Translations under genes and position numbers: made by a program | The notes under the pieces: model-generated | Databases searched by the model: none | Told to the model about the DNA's origin: nothing | What the model saw: the letters and a program-made list of their open reading frames with translations, nothing else | Shown here: positions 29,091 to 39,174 of the stretch, one piece after another | Layout: each line of letters starts with the position of its first letter | Position numbering within the stretch: position 1 is the stretch's first letter | Assembly: GCA_038060895.1 (NCBI GenBank) | Contig: JBBTCT010000034.1 | Span: 56,951 to 120,950, forward strand | DNA: 64,000 nucleotides | Source: Planctomycetota bacterium | GTDB taxonomy: Bacteria; Planctomycetota; MHYJ01; WSZJ01 | Direction of reading: 5' to 3'

Positions 29091-31712
29091 ATGAAACACC
29101 TTGCACTGGCCGCGGCCGTCCTCGTTAGCCTGGCGACCTGTGCGCTTCCCGCTCGCGCCGACCGCGCCGCCGCGGAACGCCTCTACCTGGAAGGCAACAA
29201 GCTCTTCAATGAGAACCTGCACCTTGAAGCGATCGAGAAGTTCACGCAGTCGATCGAGGCCGACCCGACGTACGCGCGGGCGAGGGCGTTCCGGGCGTGG
29301 GCGAAGGACCACGCGTTGATCCCGGGGAACGGGCTTGAAGACGTTGCCATCGCGCTCGAGATGGAGCCAAAGAACCCGGTTTTTCTCCAGGTCCGCGTGC
29401 AGATCTACATGGGGCTGGACCGGACGACGGAGGCGATCGAGGACGCCGAGGAGCTGGTCCGGTTGAAGCCGGATGACCCGACGAATCTGCTCCTGCTGGG
29501 CCTGGCGCTGGTCCGGAGTGGGGAGATCGACGCCGGGTTCGAAAAGATGACGAAAGCGCTTGAGGCGTCCGGGAACAACCCGGACATGCGCGTGAGGGCC
29601 GACGCCTTCCGCGCGAAGGCGGACTGGCTCGGAATGCGGGACGAGATGGAAGCGCTCCACGGGGCGGGCCGCAGGGACGGTGCTACGATCCTCCACCGCG
29701 TGATTGCTTTCACGGAACTGGGCCAGTACGACAAGGCGCAGGAAGCGATCAAGGACGCCGAGCCGGATACCTCGACGTGGGGTGCGGTGCGCGCCTACCT
29801 GGCCGCGACGCCGGAGGCGGGCGCGCTGTGCGACCCTGCGAAGGCCCTCGAGTACGCAGAGGCGGCGGCCGAGGGACGGGACGACTCAAATCTGCAGTGC
29901 GTCCTCGCTCGCACGCTGTTCCTGGGCGCTCGCCCCCGCGACTGCCTCGACCTGCTCTCGACGAAGGGCCGCCGGACGCACTTCGAGACGATGTTCTGGC
30001 TCGGGGCCTCGAACTGGAAGCTGAACAAGTTCCCCGAGGCGATCGCGGTGCTGAAGGAGGCCCGGCGGCTGAATCCGTACCTCATCCGGCACGCGGGGAG
30101 GATCGAGGGGTTCGGGGACTTCGTGGCCTCGATCGACAAGGAGCTGCAGGCCGAGACCGGGGACCGCGGACGGCTCGGGTTCGAGCGCGCGACGCATCTC
30201 CTCACCGTCGCCGAGATCGAGGCCCTGGTGCGGCGGTACCGCTTCGACCGCGCCGCCGCCGAGTACGCGCTGCTCCTCCCTTCCCTGAAGTCCGCGATCC
30301 GCAAGGGCGAGATCGAGACCCGGCTTCCCGAAGTCAAGGGAATGGCCGGCGCGCATGCCAGGCTCCTCGCCGCCGTGAACAAGGCGCCGGGAGGGATGAA
30401 GGTAGCGCTGGGGAAAACCGAGCTGACGATCGTCAAGGCCGACACCGTCACCTTCGACTTCAAGATTCCCAGGGGCGACGGAAAATTCCCGTGGGCCTTC
30501 CTCGACCCGTCCGCGTACGGCGAGCTCGCCGCCGCGCTGGATCTCACCCCCGAAGAAATGTTCGGCCTCGGCTGCCTCCTCTGGGACGCGGGGCTTCCCG
30601 CGCCCGCCATGAAGCACTTCGACAACGCCACGAAGAAGCAGGCGTCGCTGAAGAAAAACCTCTCGGGCTTTGTCGCGCGAAAGCGCGGCATTCCCGCGCC
30701 GGCCGGCGGGTTCGTCGCGTTCCGCGGGTCCTACGTGACGCCCGAGGAGAAGGCCAACCTCGAGAAGGGGCTCGTGCTGTTTGCCGGGAAGTGGGTTCCC
30801 GCGAAGGACAAGGAGCAGCTCGCGAAGGGCTTCATCCAGATCGACGGCAAATGGGTCCCGGGCGAAGAAGCGGCGCTGCTGAAGCAGGGCTTCTGCAGAT
30901 ACAAGGACAAGTGGATGAGCCGCGAGGACTACGAAGCGCTGCGCAGCGGCTGGGACGACGCGTACACCGAAACCACGACGCACTTCCAGATCCGCACCAA
31001 CGAAGGCGAGCAGTTCGCGAAGGACCTTGCCCTCGTGGTCGAGGCCGCGTACCAGGAATGCAAGGCCTACTACGGCGGCGTCGAGCCGAAGCCTGCAGGC
31101 GGGGAAACGATGACGCTCTACGCCTTCCGGACGTACGAGGATTACCGCAGGTACTGCGTCGAGACGAAGACGGAGAATCACCTCGGCGCGGCGGGATTCG
31201 CAAAGAGCGACTCGAACACCGTCGCGGGCTGGAACAAGACGAGCAACCGCCAGCAGTTTCTGCAGACCATGGTGCACGAGATGTCGCACCTCTATTTCTT
31301 CCGGGTCTCGCCGTTGGCCCGCGCGCCGAGCTGGTACGCGGAGTCGATGGCGACGTACTTCGAAGGCTTCAACTGGGAAGGCAAGTCCTACAAGTTCACT
31401 TACGTCAGCGAGGGCCGCCTCCCTTTCGTCCGCGATGCCATGAAAGGCAAGCGCCACATCCCCCTCAAGGACGTCCTCGCCGGCGATGCCCTCCAGCTCA
31501 TCAACACCGACGCGCAAAAAGCGCTGTTGTTCTACGCGGAGTGCTGGTCGCTCAATTACTTCCTCTGCCACACCGAGAACAAGGCGTACCGCGACGCCTG
31601 GGCCGAGTACCGCAAGTCAGTTGCGGGCGGCGGCGCGAAGGGGCTTCTTGAGTTTTTCCCGGACGCGGCGAAGCTGGAAGCGGACTGGATGCGGTTTGTG
31701 ACGGGGTTGTGA
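29091..31712 (+). CDS. Secreted TPR protein with C-terminal DUF1570/peptidase MA-like domain
   Basis: Signal peptide, TPRs, aromatic GxW repeats, HEMSH...WYAESMATYFE...FYAECWSLNYFL. Confidence 0.8.
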   Translation: MKHLALAAAVLVSLATCALPARADRAAAERLYLEGNKLFNENLHLEAIEKFTQSIEADPTYARARAFRAWAKDHALIPGNGLEDVAIALEMEPKNPVFLQVRVQIYMGLDRTTEAIEDAEELVRLKPDDPTNLLLLGLALVRSGEIDAGFEKMTKALEASGNNPDMRVRADAFRAKADWLGMRDEMEALHGAGRRDGATILHRVIAFTELGQYDKAQEAIKDAEPDTSTWGAVRAYLAATPEAGALCDPAKALEYAEAAAEGRDDSNLQCVLARTLFLGARPRDCLDLLSTKGRRTHFETMFWLGASNWKLNKFPEAIAVLKEARRLNPYLIRHAGRIEGFGDFVASIDKELQAETGDRGRLGFERATHLLTVAEIEALVRRYRFDRAAAEYALLLPSLKSAIRKGEIETRLPEVKGMAGAHARLLAAVNKAPGGMKVALGKTELTIVKADTVTFDFKIPRGDGKFPWAFLDPSAYGELAAALDLTPEEMFGLGCLLWDAGLPAPAMKHFDNATKKQASLKKNLSGFVARKRGIPAPAGGFVAFRGSYVTPEEKANLEKGLVLFAGKWVPAKDKEQLAKGFIQIDGKWVPGEEAALLKQGFCRYKDKWMSREDYEALRSGWDDAYTETTTHFQIRTNEGEQFAKDLALVVEAAYQECKAYYGGVEPKPAGGETMTLYAFRTYEDYRRYCVETKTENHLGAAGFAKSDSNTVAGWNKTSNRQQFLQTMVHEMSHLYFFRVSPLARAPSWYAESMATYFEGFNWEGKSYKFTYVSEGRLPFVRDAMKGKRHIPLKDVLAGDALQLINTDAQKALLFYAECWSLNYFLCHTENKAYRDAWAEYRKSVAGGGAKGLLEFFPDAAKLEADWMRFVTGL

Positions 31713-31783
31713 ACAAGGAAATCCCGCCCTCGGCCACCGGTTAAGGATCTGCCTCGAGTGAATCGCAAGGTCGAGCCGGCACG

Positions 31784-31905
31784 ATCGTCATGTGCCTCAT
31801 ACTGGGCCTCCTCATGGCGTTCATCGCGCACGGTCGGCTGGTGCTGAAGCCGATCGCCGCATGAAACCCACGATCTTCGAAGCCGCGGGCGGATCCGGCG
31901 CCTTC
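31784..31905 (+). pseudogene. Remnant of a gene junction: DoxX-like C-terminus plus truncated-globin-like N-terminus
   Basis: IVMCLILGLLMAFIAHGRLVLKPIAA-stop overlapping ATG of MKPTIFEAAGGSGAF (ATGA 31861-31864); neither gene is complete. Confidence 0.45.
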
Positions 31906-32005
31906 CACTCCGACAGGTCCTCGACACGTGCGATCCCAGGGCGCTACCCTGCCGGCGATTCGCCGCCTTGCCCGCCCCCCCTTTCCTTCCCACTCGGAGC
32001 CTCCC

Positions 32006-32983
32006 ATGTCCTCGCCGCTACGCCAGGCCACCCTGCTCCTCCTGCTGTTCGCCCTTGCCGCCGGCGCCGAGGAGCCGGCGAAGGAAGTCTCCCGTTCGCT
32101 CAAGGACTTCATCAAGGACCGGAACCTGGGCGAAGCCGATTCCGAACCCTTCATCAAAGCCGTCAGCAAGTGCAAGGGAATGAAGGTCGAGTGGGAACTG
32201 CGGGTCTTCAACGTGGAGGAGACGGGGGACGGATTCGAGACCCCGGATGCGAAGACGAGCAAGTTCCGTGAATGCGTGATCTTCATGCTCCAGAGCCTGG
32301 CGCCCGGCACCCAGGCCAAGGACATACCCCACGACCAGTTCATCCTCGTGCGATGCCTGAAGGGCCTGGGAAAGGGAGACGAACGGCTCGAAGTCGGCAA
32401 AAAGTATTACGTCGAGGGAACCCTGTGGGGGGCCACCGGGGGGAACTGGAGAACGATCTTCCTGCATGACTACACCATCCAGCCCGGCGGAAGACCCACG
32501 ACGAACGAGGGCGTGAACCCCGGCCCGGAGCACGAAGTCATGGCGAAGTGGTCGGGATCGTGGGACAGGGCCATCAGGATCTGGATGAAGCCCGGCGGAA
32601 AGCCGTTCGAGATGACCAGCTCCGCCGAGATCAGGATGGTCATGGAGGGGCGCTTCAGCCGCATGACCGCCAGCAGTGACATGGGCGGAACGAAGTACTC
32701 GGGCGAATCGACGATCGGCTACGACCCGGCGACGAAGAAGTGGTCCATCTACGCAATCGACAACATGGGCCCGGCCGCGACGCACCTTGAGGGCACGAGC
32801 GCGGACGGCGGCAAGACCATCGAGTTCAAGGGGATGATGATCGAGGCGACGAACGGATCGGAGATTCACACGCGGTGGGTGCAGACGGAGAAGGGGCCGG
32901 ATGAAATCCTGATGGAGATGTACACGGGGGAAGGGAAAGACGAGGTGAAGAAAATGGAGATCGCGAGCAGGCGGAAGAAATAA
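32006..32983 (+). CDS. Secreted protein with C-terminal DUF1579-like domain
   Basis: Signal peptide; PGPEHEVMAKWSGSW...IGYDPATKKWSIYAIDNMG. Confidence 0.75.
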   Translation: MSSPLRQATLLLLLFALAAGAEEPAKEVSRSLKDFIKDRNLGEADSEPFIKAVSKCKGMKVEWELRVFNVEETGDGFETPDAKTSKFRECVIFMLQSLAPGTQAKDIPHDQFILVRCLKGLGKGDERLEVGKKYYVEGTLWGATGGNWRTIFLHDYTIQPGGRPTTNEGVNPGPEHEVMAKWSGSWDRAIRIWMKPGGKPFEMTSSAEIRMVMEGRFSRMTASSDMGGTKYSGESTIGYDPATKKWSIYAIDNMGPAATHLEGTSADGGKTIEFKGMMIEATNGSEIHTRWVQTEKGPDEILMEMYTGEGKDEVKKMEIASRRKK

Positions 32984-33075
32984 CGAGGGCCCCCGGGACA
33001 TTGAAGTGACCAAGGCGACGTACGGGACGGCGATTGAGGACTATCGCATGGTTGAGAACAAGAGGCAGGGGATCG

Positions 33076-33615
33076 TCACTTCCTGACCACGTGCTCCTTG
33101 ACCTCCTTGCCACCGTCGACCGTTTCGCCGAAAAGATCGACCCAGAGCACCTTCGGCGTCGCGCCACTCTCCTCGCTCTGGATGAAGAGCCGGGTCAGGT
33201 ACGCGTCCTTGCCGTCGATCTTCGTGACGGCGTGCCACCGGGCGCCGGCCTTCGTGAGCCGGATTGGCCGGTCCTCCCAGGCGACGAGCTTCAACTCGCG
33301 TTCGTCGCCGGAGCCCGAGACTTCGAAGCCGTACGCCATCTTCCGCTCCAGGAACGTGAGATCCTCGCGGCGCCCGCCCTCGGCCTTCATGATCCAGTAG
33401 GCGACCACGGGTTCCCTGGCCAGCGCGCCGTCGGGGCCGGCCTGCACGTCGTAGTGCACTTCGTTCGCGTTCTTGTTGCGCTGGATGATGAAGAGCGTTG
33501 GACCGGAATCCCCGGGAGCGCGGCGGTGGAGGAAGATCGCGAGGGCGAGGACCACGAGGACGACGGGGACGCCCGCGAAGAAGAGCCAGCGGACCACGCG
33601 GGACTTGCGCATCAT
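33076..33615 (-). CDS. DUF4833-like protein
   Basis: LFIIQRNKNANEVHYD...PVVAYWIM...LTFLERKMAYG; start overlaps the upstream stop. Confidence 0.75.
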   Translation of the reverse strand: MMRKSRVVRWLFFAGVPVVLVVLALAIFLHRRAPGDSGPTLFIIQRNKNANEVHYDVQAGPDGALAREPVVAYWIMKAEGGRREDLTFLERKMAYGFEVSGSGDERELKLVAWEDRPIRLTKAGARWHAVTKIDGKDAYLTRLFIQSEESGATPKVLWVDLFGETVDGGKEVKEHVVRK

Positions 33616-34160
33616 CGGTCGGACGGCCCGGTGATTCCCTTGCCGTACATCCCCGACCGATCGAAGCAGCACGGCCGCCGCTTCCCTTTAGCGAGCATGT
33701 CACAGGCACCATCGATCCGGCGCGCGCGCGTCCCGGCAAGCTTGGCCGAAGTGATCCACTGGATCCAGTCGCGTCGGGCGAGAGGCGTGATGTCCGACCA
33801 GGCGGCGCGCGACTTTGAAGCGGCCTTCGCGAGGGCCTTGCGCAGGTCCGCCGGGACTTCGGGCTCCGGCTCCTCTTTCACGGGCGCGATCTCCAGCGTG
33901 ACGACGTCGCCCGCCTCCGCGCCGGCTTTCTCGCGCAGCTTCCGGTCGACCTTCAGCCAGTGGCCGCCCTGGCCGTCCGGCTCGAGGGTGGCCTGAAGGG
34001 GGACGCCGTTGAGGGCGCCGGCGACGGAGACCAGGCCACGCGAGGGGAGTTTCGCGCTGGCGTCCCGCGGCAGGGCCACGAACGTCCAGGCGGCGCTCGC
34101 AGGCTGCGTCGGCCGGGAAAGCGTGGAGCTGAAGCGAATGGTGGAATCGGTGCGGGGCAT
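33612..34160 (-). CDS. DUF1905 plus YdeI/OmpD-associated domain protein
   Basis: AWTFVALP...PDGQGGHWLKV...VPADLRKAL...WIQWITSAK...TRARRI. Confidence 0.85.
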   Translation of the reverse strand: MPRTDSTIRFSSTLSRPTQPASAAWTFVALPRDASAKLPSRGLVSVAGALNGVPLQATLEPDGQGGHWLKVDRKLREKAGAEAGDVVTLEIAPVKEEPEPEVPADLRKALAKAASKSRAAWSDITPLARRDWIQWITSAKLAGTRARRIDGACDMLAKGKRRPCCFDRSGMYGKGITGPSDR

Positions 34161-34271
34161 GGAGGCGATGGGGCGTGAGCAGGACCCCGGCGGTCATTGT
34201 ACGATGGCCCGTGGCGATCGCAGGCCGGCACCGGCGCCTGGCCAGTAACGAACAGGGATGTGGCCGCCTGA

Positions 34272-34541
34272 CTACCCCTTGCGCTTCACCATGAACTCGA
34301 CCCAGATCGGCACGTACGGCGGCGTGCAGCCCTTCGACACCGGCCAGTCGCGATAGAGCCCGATCTTCTCGCCGATGGCGATCGCGAGCTTGTGATCGGT
34401 CTTGATCTTCTTCGCGATCGCACGGACATCGCCCATCTTCACGCCGAATTGGTTCTCCGGCGCGCCCATCTTGATGTTGTGCCTGAGTCGGGCTTTGTTG
34501 CCGAGAGACTTGAGGTTCGCGAGGATTTCCCTGGTCGTCAT
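34272..34541 (-). pseudogene. DNA alkylation repair (AlkD-like) gene with large in-frame internal deletion
   Basis: N-terminus (FGVKMGDVRAIAKKIKTDHKLA) joined directly to the C-terminus (IAIGEKIGLYRDWPVSKGCT); 89 aa versus 263 aa for the homolog at 46220. Confidence 0.7.
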
Positions 34542-34599
34542 GGCGGCGATTATAGGAAGTACGCGCGCGCCGGAGGACCGCGACGCCCGCCCCGGAGGT

Positions 34600-35340
34600 T
34601 CACCGGCTCCGTCCTTCCGGCTCCCGCACTCCGACGTAGAGGCCGCGGTCGGGCATCAGTCCCCGTGTGAGAAAGCGCGCCTTCAGCCCGGCGGCGCGCA
34701 TGATCGCGAGGAACCGGTCGGGCTCGAACAAGGCCAGTTCGTGCCGGTCGACGAAGTGACGCACGGAGCCGCCCCGGTGCGCGACCAGGTAGTGCATGTC
34801 GATGATCGACAGCAGGCCGCGCACCCGGGACATCGTGACGCGCGCGATGCGGAGGTCCCCGTTGCCGAAGGTGCCGGCGAACGGCGCGCCGGGATGAAAA
34901 GCCTTGCGGGAAAACCACGGCTCGATGATCGCGACGCCCCCGGGCACGAGGTGGCGGGCGATCCCCTCGAGCGTCTTCCGAAGATTCGCATGCGTTTTCA
35001 CGTAGCCGATCGAACTGAAGAGGCAGGTGATGACGTCGAACTTCCTGCCCAGGTCCAGCTTCGTCATGTCAGCGCGCCGGAACGTCACTCCGGGGACGTT
35101 CTTCCGGGCGACGGCCAGCATGCCGGGGTTGATGTCGGTCGCGGTCACCTCGAAGCGCTTCGATAGCGCCTTCGCGTGCTTGCCCGTGCCGCAGGCGACT
35201 TCCAGCAGCCGCCGGCCCGGCGAGCGCTTGTACCTGCGAATGAGAACCGCCAGCCGCGTGGCTTCGAAGTCGTAGTCCTTGAACGAGTAGATCGTGTCGT
35301 AGTAACGGGCGAGATCGCCGTAGATGCTGCGCCGCGACAT
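34600..35340 (-). CDS. Class I SAM-dependent methyltransferase
   Basis: YDTIYSFKDY, LLEVACGTGKH, FDVITCLFSSIGY, LVPGGVAIIEPW. Confidence 0.9.
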   Translation of the reverse strand: MSRRSIYGDLARYYDTIYSFKDYDFEATRLAVLIRRYKRSPGRRLLEVACGTGKHAKALSKRFEVTATDINPGMLAVARKNVPGVTFRRADMTKLDLGRKFDVITCLFSSIGYVKTHANLRKTLEGIARHLVPGGVAIIEPWFSRKAFHPGAPFAGTFGNGDLRIARVTMSRVRGLLSIIDMHYLVAHRGGSVRHFVDRHELALFEPDRFLAIMRAAGLKARFLTRGLMPDRGLYVGVREPEGRSR

Positions 35341-35524
35341 GGAGCCTCCGATCCGGGCCGCCCGGGCCGTCCTGCCTCAGGGCAGGTTTGGCGGCGGCTG
35401 AAGCGAGCATCCTAATCGACGCGACGACGTCCTTCGGTTTCGACGGGAATTCCGGAATCCCGCGAAGAAATTCGGGGCGGTCCGGTCTATTCTCACGGAA
35501 GCCCGAAACCCGGAAGGATCGCCG

Positions 35525-37738
35525 ATGAACGTCTCCCCCGACCTCGTGACGAAAGCCCAGCGCGGCGATCGCGCTTCGCTGGAAGCTCTCGTCGCGTCGG
35601 TCCAGGCCGACGTCTGGCGGCTCATGATCTCGCGGCTCGGCCGCGAGGAGGACGCCGCCGACGCGACCCAGGAGACGTTCCGGCAGGCGCTCGATTCCCT
35701 CGCCTCCCTACGCGATCCCTCCGCGTTCGCCGGCTGGCTCTGCCGGATCGCCCTGAACAAGGCCCACGACCTGAAACTGGCCCGCGACTCCGCGGCCCGG
35801 GACGTGAGAGCCCTCGGGGCACGCGCTTCCATGGAAACCAGCGAGGAGGCATCCATGGTGGCGGAGAAAGCTGAAGCGTGCACGGCGGTGCGGGCGGCGG
35901 TGAAGGGACTGGACGAGGAGTTGAGGACGACGGTGGAGCTGCGGTACGAGCACGATTTGTCCTACGCGCAAATCGCGGAAGCGCTGGCGGTGCCGGAGGG
36001 GACGGTGGCGCGGAGGCTGCACACGGCGCACGAGCGGCTGCGGAAGGCGCTGGCGGGGGCGGGAGTGGTGATGGCGCTGGGAATGCTGGAGCGGGAGCTG
36101 GCCGCGGCGCCGCGGGTGGAGATGCCGGGGAGCGTGGCACGGCGGCTGGGCACGATGGCGCGGGGGCGGGGAGCGGCCGGCCCGGCCGTGACGCGCGGCG
36201 GCCGTGCGCGGAAATGGAGTGCCGTGGCGGCGCTCCTGCTGGCGGTCGGGGTGTTCTTCCTGCTGAGATCGCGCTTCAACCGCTCCGGCTCGTCCGAAGG
36301 GACGCCGGTCGCGTCCGCCCCGACGCCAGGCGTGGCGGACGGGGCGCCCGCGAAGACGGAGGAACCCCGTCCTCCGCAGGTTGCGCCGCCGGACGCTCCC
36401 GCGACGCCCGCCGCGACAACCGCGACACTTCACGGCAAGGTCACCGTCGGGCGCGGCGGCCCCGGTTTCGAGGGAGCGCTCCTCCTGTTCGAACGCGTCG
36501 AGGGGAAAAACGCGTGGAGGACGGTCGCGCGGACGACATCGGACGCGCAGGGCGAGTACCGCGTCGTGGTGCCCCCGGGGGACTATTTCGTCAGCATGAG
36601 CGCCCGCGGATATCCCGGAGTCATGGTCGACGCGACGCTCGGTGACACGCTCGCGGGCCTGGGATTCCGCTTCAACTCCGGTCTGCCCGGTCCCGCGATC
36701 CCCGTGGCCGCGGGGGCCGAGCTGACGCTCGACATCCCGCTCGAAGTGCGCCTCGCGCCGGCCATCGAGGTTCGCGGCCGCATCCTCGACGAACGCGGCT
36801 ACCCGATCGCGGGGGCCACGATCCGTCCGCTCACGCAGCAGATGGGAGAGCGGGACCTCGAGGGGATCGCTACCTTCGGCGTCAACTACATGATCGAGGG
36901 CGAGCCCGAATACACCGGCATCACCGTCGGCGAGGACGGGCGCTTCAGCTTCCCCTGCGTTTTCCCGCGCGGCAATTTCTTCGTCGGCGTGAAGGCGAAG
37001 GGATACCCGGAAATCGAGAAGCGCATTCACCTGGCGAAGCAGGACGTGGAGATCGACTTCGTGCTGCAGAAAGGACTGTGCGTCGCGGGCCGGGTGGTGG
37101 ACTCGAAGGGCCTTCCGGTCGCCGGGGCGCGCATTTTCGGCGTCGGGCAGCCTTATCAGGCGGGGAGGATGCTGCGGAACGACGGCCGCCCGCCCGCGGC
37201 GGACAAGGTGCAGGACACCGGCTGCACGACGGATGCGGACGGGAAATTCGAGGCGGAAGGCCTGGACTCGCGACTGAAGGCCATCGCGGTCCTCGCCGAC
37301 GGGCACGGATGGGCGATGGCGGCTGTCCCCGCTGACCCGGCGCAGCCGATCGAGATCGCGCTCCCGGGGGCGGACCTGTTCCTCTCGGGCGTGGTGCGCG
37401 ACCCCGCGGGGGCCCCGGTGGAGGGCGCGATCGTGCAGGTCACCCAGATCTGGCTCGCCGACGGCGACGTGACAGCCTCGCTGATCTGGCCGTGCGACCT
37501 CCACCTGATTTCGCGGACGGTAAGCGGCCAGGCGCAATTCACCGGCGACGTCGAAAACGGAAAGCTCCTCGCGGCCCGCACCGGACCCGACGGGCGCTTC
37601 GCCATCCCCTCCCTCCCCGCCGGACGGCTCCGTGTCGCGGTGGGCGCCGAAGGATTCGAGGCGGAAGCGCAGACGCTGGAGCTGCCCGCGACCGCGAGCT
37701 TCTCGCTCACGCCGAAGAAGGTGCCTGTCCCGAAGTAA
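35525..37738 (+). CDS. ECF sigma-70 factor fused to a TM helix and carboxypeptidase-regulatory-like repeats
   Basis: Region 2 DAADATQETF...FAGWLCRIA; region 4 LSYAQIAEALAVPEGTVARRL; GRVVDSKGLPVAGA-type repeats. Confidence 0.85.
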   Translation: MNVSPDLVTKAQRGDRASLEALVASVQADVWRLMISRLGREEDAADATQETFRQALDSLASLRDPSAFAGWLCRIALNKAHDLKLARDSAARDVRALGARASMETSEEASMVAEKAEACTAVRAAVKGLDEELRTTVELRYEHDLSYAQIAEALAVPEGTVARRLHTAHERLRKALAGAGVVMALGMLERELAAAPRVEMPGSVARRLGTMARGRGAAGPAVTRGGRARKWSAVAALLLAVGVFFLLRSRFNRSGSSEGTPVASAPTPGVADGAPAKTEEPRPPQVAPPDAPATPAATTATLHGKVTVGRGGPGFEGALLLFERVEGKNAWRTVARTTSDAQGEYRVVVPPGDYFVSMSARGYPGVMVDATLGDTLAGLGFRFNSGLPGPAIPVAAGAELTLDIPLEVRLAPAIEVRGRILDERGYPIAGATIRPLTQQMGERDLEGIATFGVNYMIEGEPEYTGITVGEDGRFSFPCVFPRGNFFVGVKAKGYPEIEKRIHLAKQDVEIDFVLQKGLCVAGRVVDSKGLPVAGARIFGVGQPYQAGRMLRNDGRPPAADKVQDTGCTTDADGKFEAEGLDSRLKAIAVLADGHGWAMAAVPADPAQPIEIALPGADLFLSGVVRDPAGAPVEGAIVQVTQIWLADGDVTASLIWPCDLHLISRTVSGQAQFTGDVENGKLLAARTGPDGRFAIPSLPAGRLRVAVGAEGFEAEAQTLELPATASFSLTPKKVPVPK

Positions 37739-37812
37739 GCCCTTGCGGGGTCGGAGCCGCAGCCGCCGTTTTCGTTTGTTCCGCCCCCGCGCCCCGGGCT
37801 ACCCTGCCCCCC

Positions 37813-38586
37813 ATGCGTCCGACACTTCTCGCCATCGCCTGCCTCGCCGCCGCTTCCAGCGTCCTCGCGGAAACTCCCCAGCCCGCGAAAGGTGGAATCG
37901 CGTGGGAAGCGAGCTTCGACCAGGCGAAGACGAAGGCCGCCGGGGAGGGCAAGCTGCTCTTCGTCGAGTTCCTGACCGACGGCTGAAAAACGTGCGTCGA
38001 GATGGAGACGGACACCTGGCCGCGCGACGAAGTGAAGACGTTCCTGGCCGACAAGGTGTGCGTCAAGGTCAACCCCGGGAAGGGTCCTGACCAGAAGAAG
38101 CGGATGGACGACTTCGGCGTGAAGACAGTGCCGGCGATGATCCTGATTTCGCCCGAGGGCCAGGAGCTGGTCCGCGCCGCCGGCAAGCCGGCGCCCGGCG
38201 CGTTCACCTCGTACTTCGTGAACCAGCGCTGGAACGACATGATCGCCACGGAGAAGGCGCAGGACTGGAAGGCGACCGCCGGGCATGCGTTCATCCTCAG
38301 GACCTGGTTCCCCGGCACCGAGGCCGCGAAACGCGCCGACGGCATCGTCGCTTCGCACGGCGAGCAGGCGGAATTCAAGGCGGCGCTAGAAGCGGCGAAG
38401 ATCGCGAACGAGCGCGCGGTCCTGCTCGGCAAGGCCAACCTGCTGCTCCAGGACAAGAAGAAGGCCGAGGCGATCGACGCGTTCAAGGCGGTCATCGCCA
38501 CGCATCCCGACAGCAAGGAAGCCGAGGCGGCGAAGGCGGCTTTGAAGAAGCTGGGGGTGAAGATGGACGCGCCTGGAAAGAAGTAG
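37813..38586 (+). CDS. Exported thioredoxin-fold selenoprotein (UxxC) with C-terminal TPR-like helices, 257 aa; TGA 37984-37986
   Basis: Signal peptide; IAWEASFDQAKTKAAGEGKLLFVEFLTDG-U-KTCVEMETDTW, with the TGA at the first Cys position of CxxC. Confidence 0.85.
37992..38015 (+). promoter_or_regulatory. Candidate SECIS hairpin (weak)
   Basis: GTG-CGTC-GAGATGGA-GACG-GA-CAC bulged stem-loop just after the TGA. Confidence 0.35.
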
Positions 38587-38624
38587 TTGGAACTCGGGAT
38601 GCAGACGCGCAGGGGTTCGCACCA

Positions 38625-39080
38625 ATGTGGTGGAATTCTTTGGGGAGTTCACGGGTGGAACCAGCGGCGCCTTCACCTGAAGCAGAGTCGTGCTCGGTTC
38701 CTCCCCCGAGCCAGTTTCACCCGATTACACGCTTCCTCCACGGCTTCTTGGCGATCGCAGGCACGCTGGCTGTTCTCCTCATGCTCTTTTGCGTCGTGCT
38801 CGAGATGACGACGACGCCCGGCGTTGCAGCGCTCAGCGTCTGGATCAGTGTCTTCTCCGCCACACTTGCCGCAGCGCACGTGTTGGGAGAGGCCAGGTCG
38901 GCGAAGCCTATTTCATGGGGTAGGTGGTTGGTCTTTGCTCTCGCTCAAGCAATCTTTGGGTACGAGCTATGGACAACCATCAGGGATACGACGGCGCAGC
39001 GAGTATTCCTTTGCGTGCTCCTTTCGGGCGGATTAATGCTGTTCATAGCCAGGTGGCTTAGAACGTCGCGGTCTTGCTAG
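38625..39080 (+). CDS. Hypothetical four-TM membrane protein, lower GC
   Basis: Four hydrophobic segments; AT-richer codons; start uncertain. Confidence 0.55.
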   Translation: MWWNSLGSSRVEPAAPSPEAESCSVPPPSQFHPITRFLHGFLAIAGTLAVLLMLFCVVLEMTTTPGVAALSVWISVFSATLAAAHVLGEARSAKPISWGRWLVFALAQAIFGYELWTTIRDTTAQRVFLCVLLSGGLMLFIARWLRTSRSC

Positions 39081-39138
39081 CGAGATCAACCCGGTCAACC
39101 GTTCCATTCAGGCTCATAAAGGTCACTTTAGAATAGTC

Positions 39139-39166
39139 TTGACCAAAACAAAATAGCCTTTATTAT
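39139..39166 (+). promoter_or_regulatory. Sigma70-type promoter
   Basis: TTGACC-16 nt-TATTAT in an AT-rich stretch just before ATG 39175. Confidence 0.5.
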
Positions 39167-39174
39167 GGTCTGTC

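Noticed and set aside
14122-37537. Long overlapping ORFs such as 14122..16209, 17925..20324, 29777..31651 and 35708..37537
   Set aside because: Arg/Pro/Gly-rich shadow frames of real genes, expected at high GC; no motifs.
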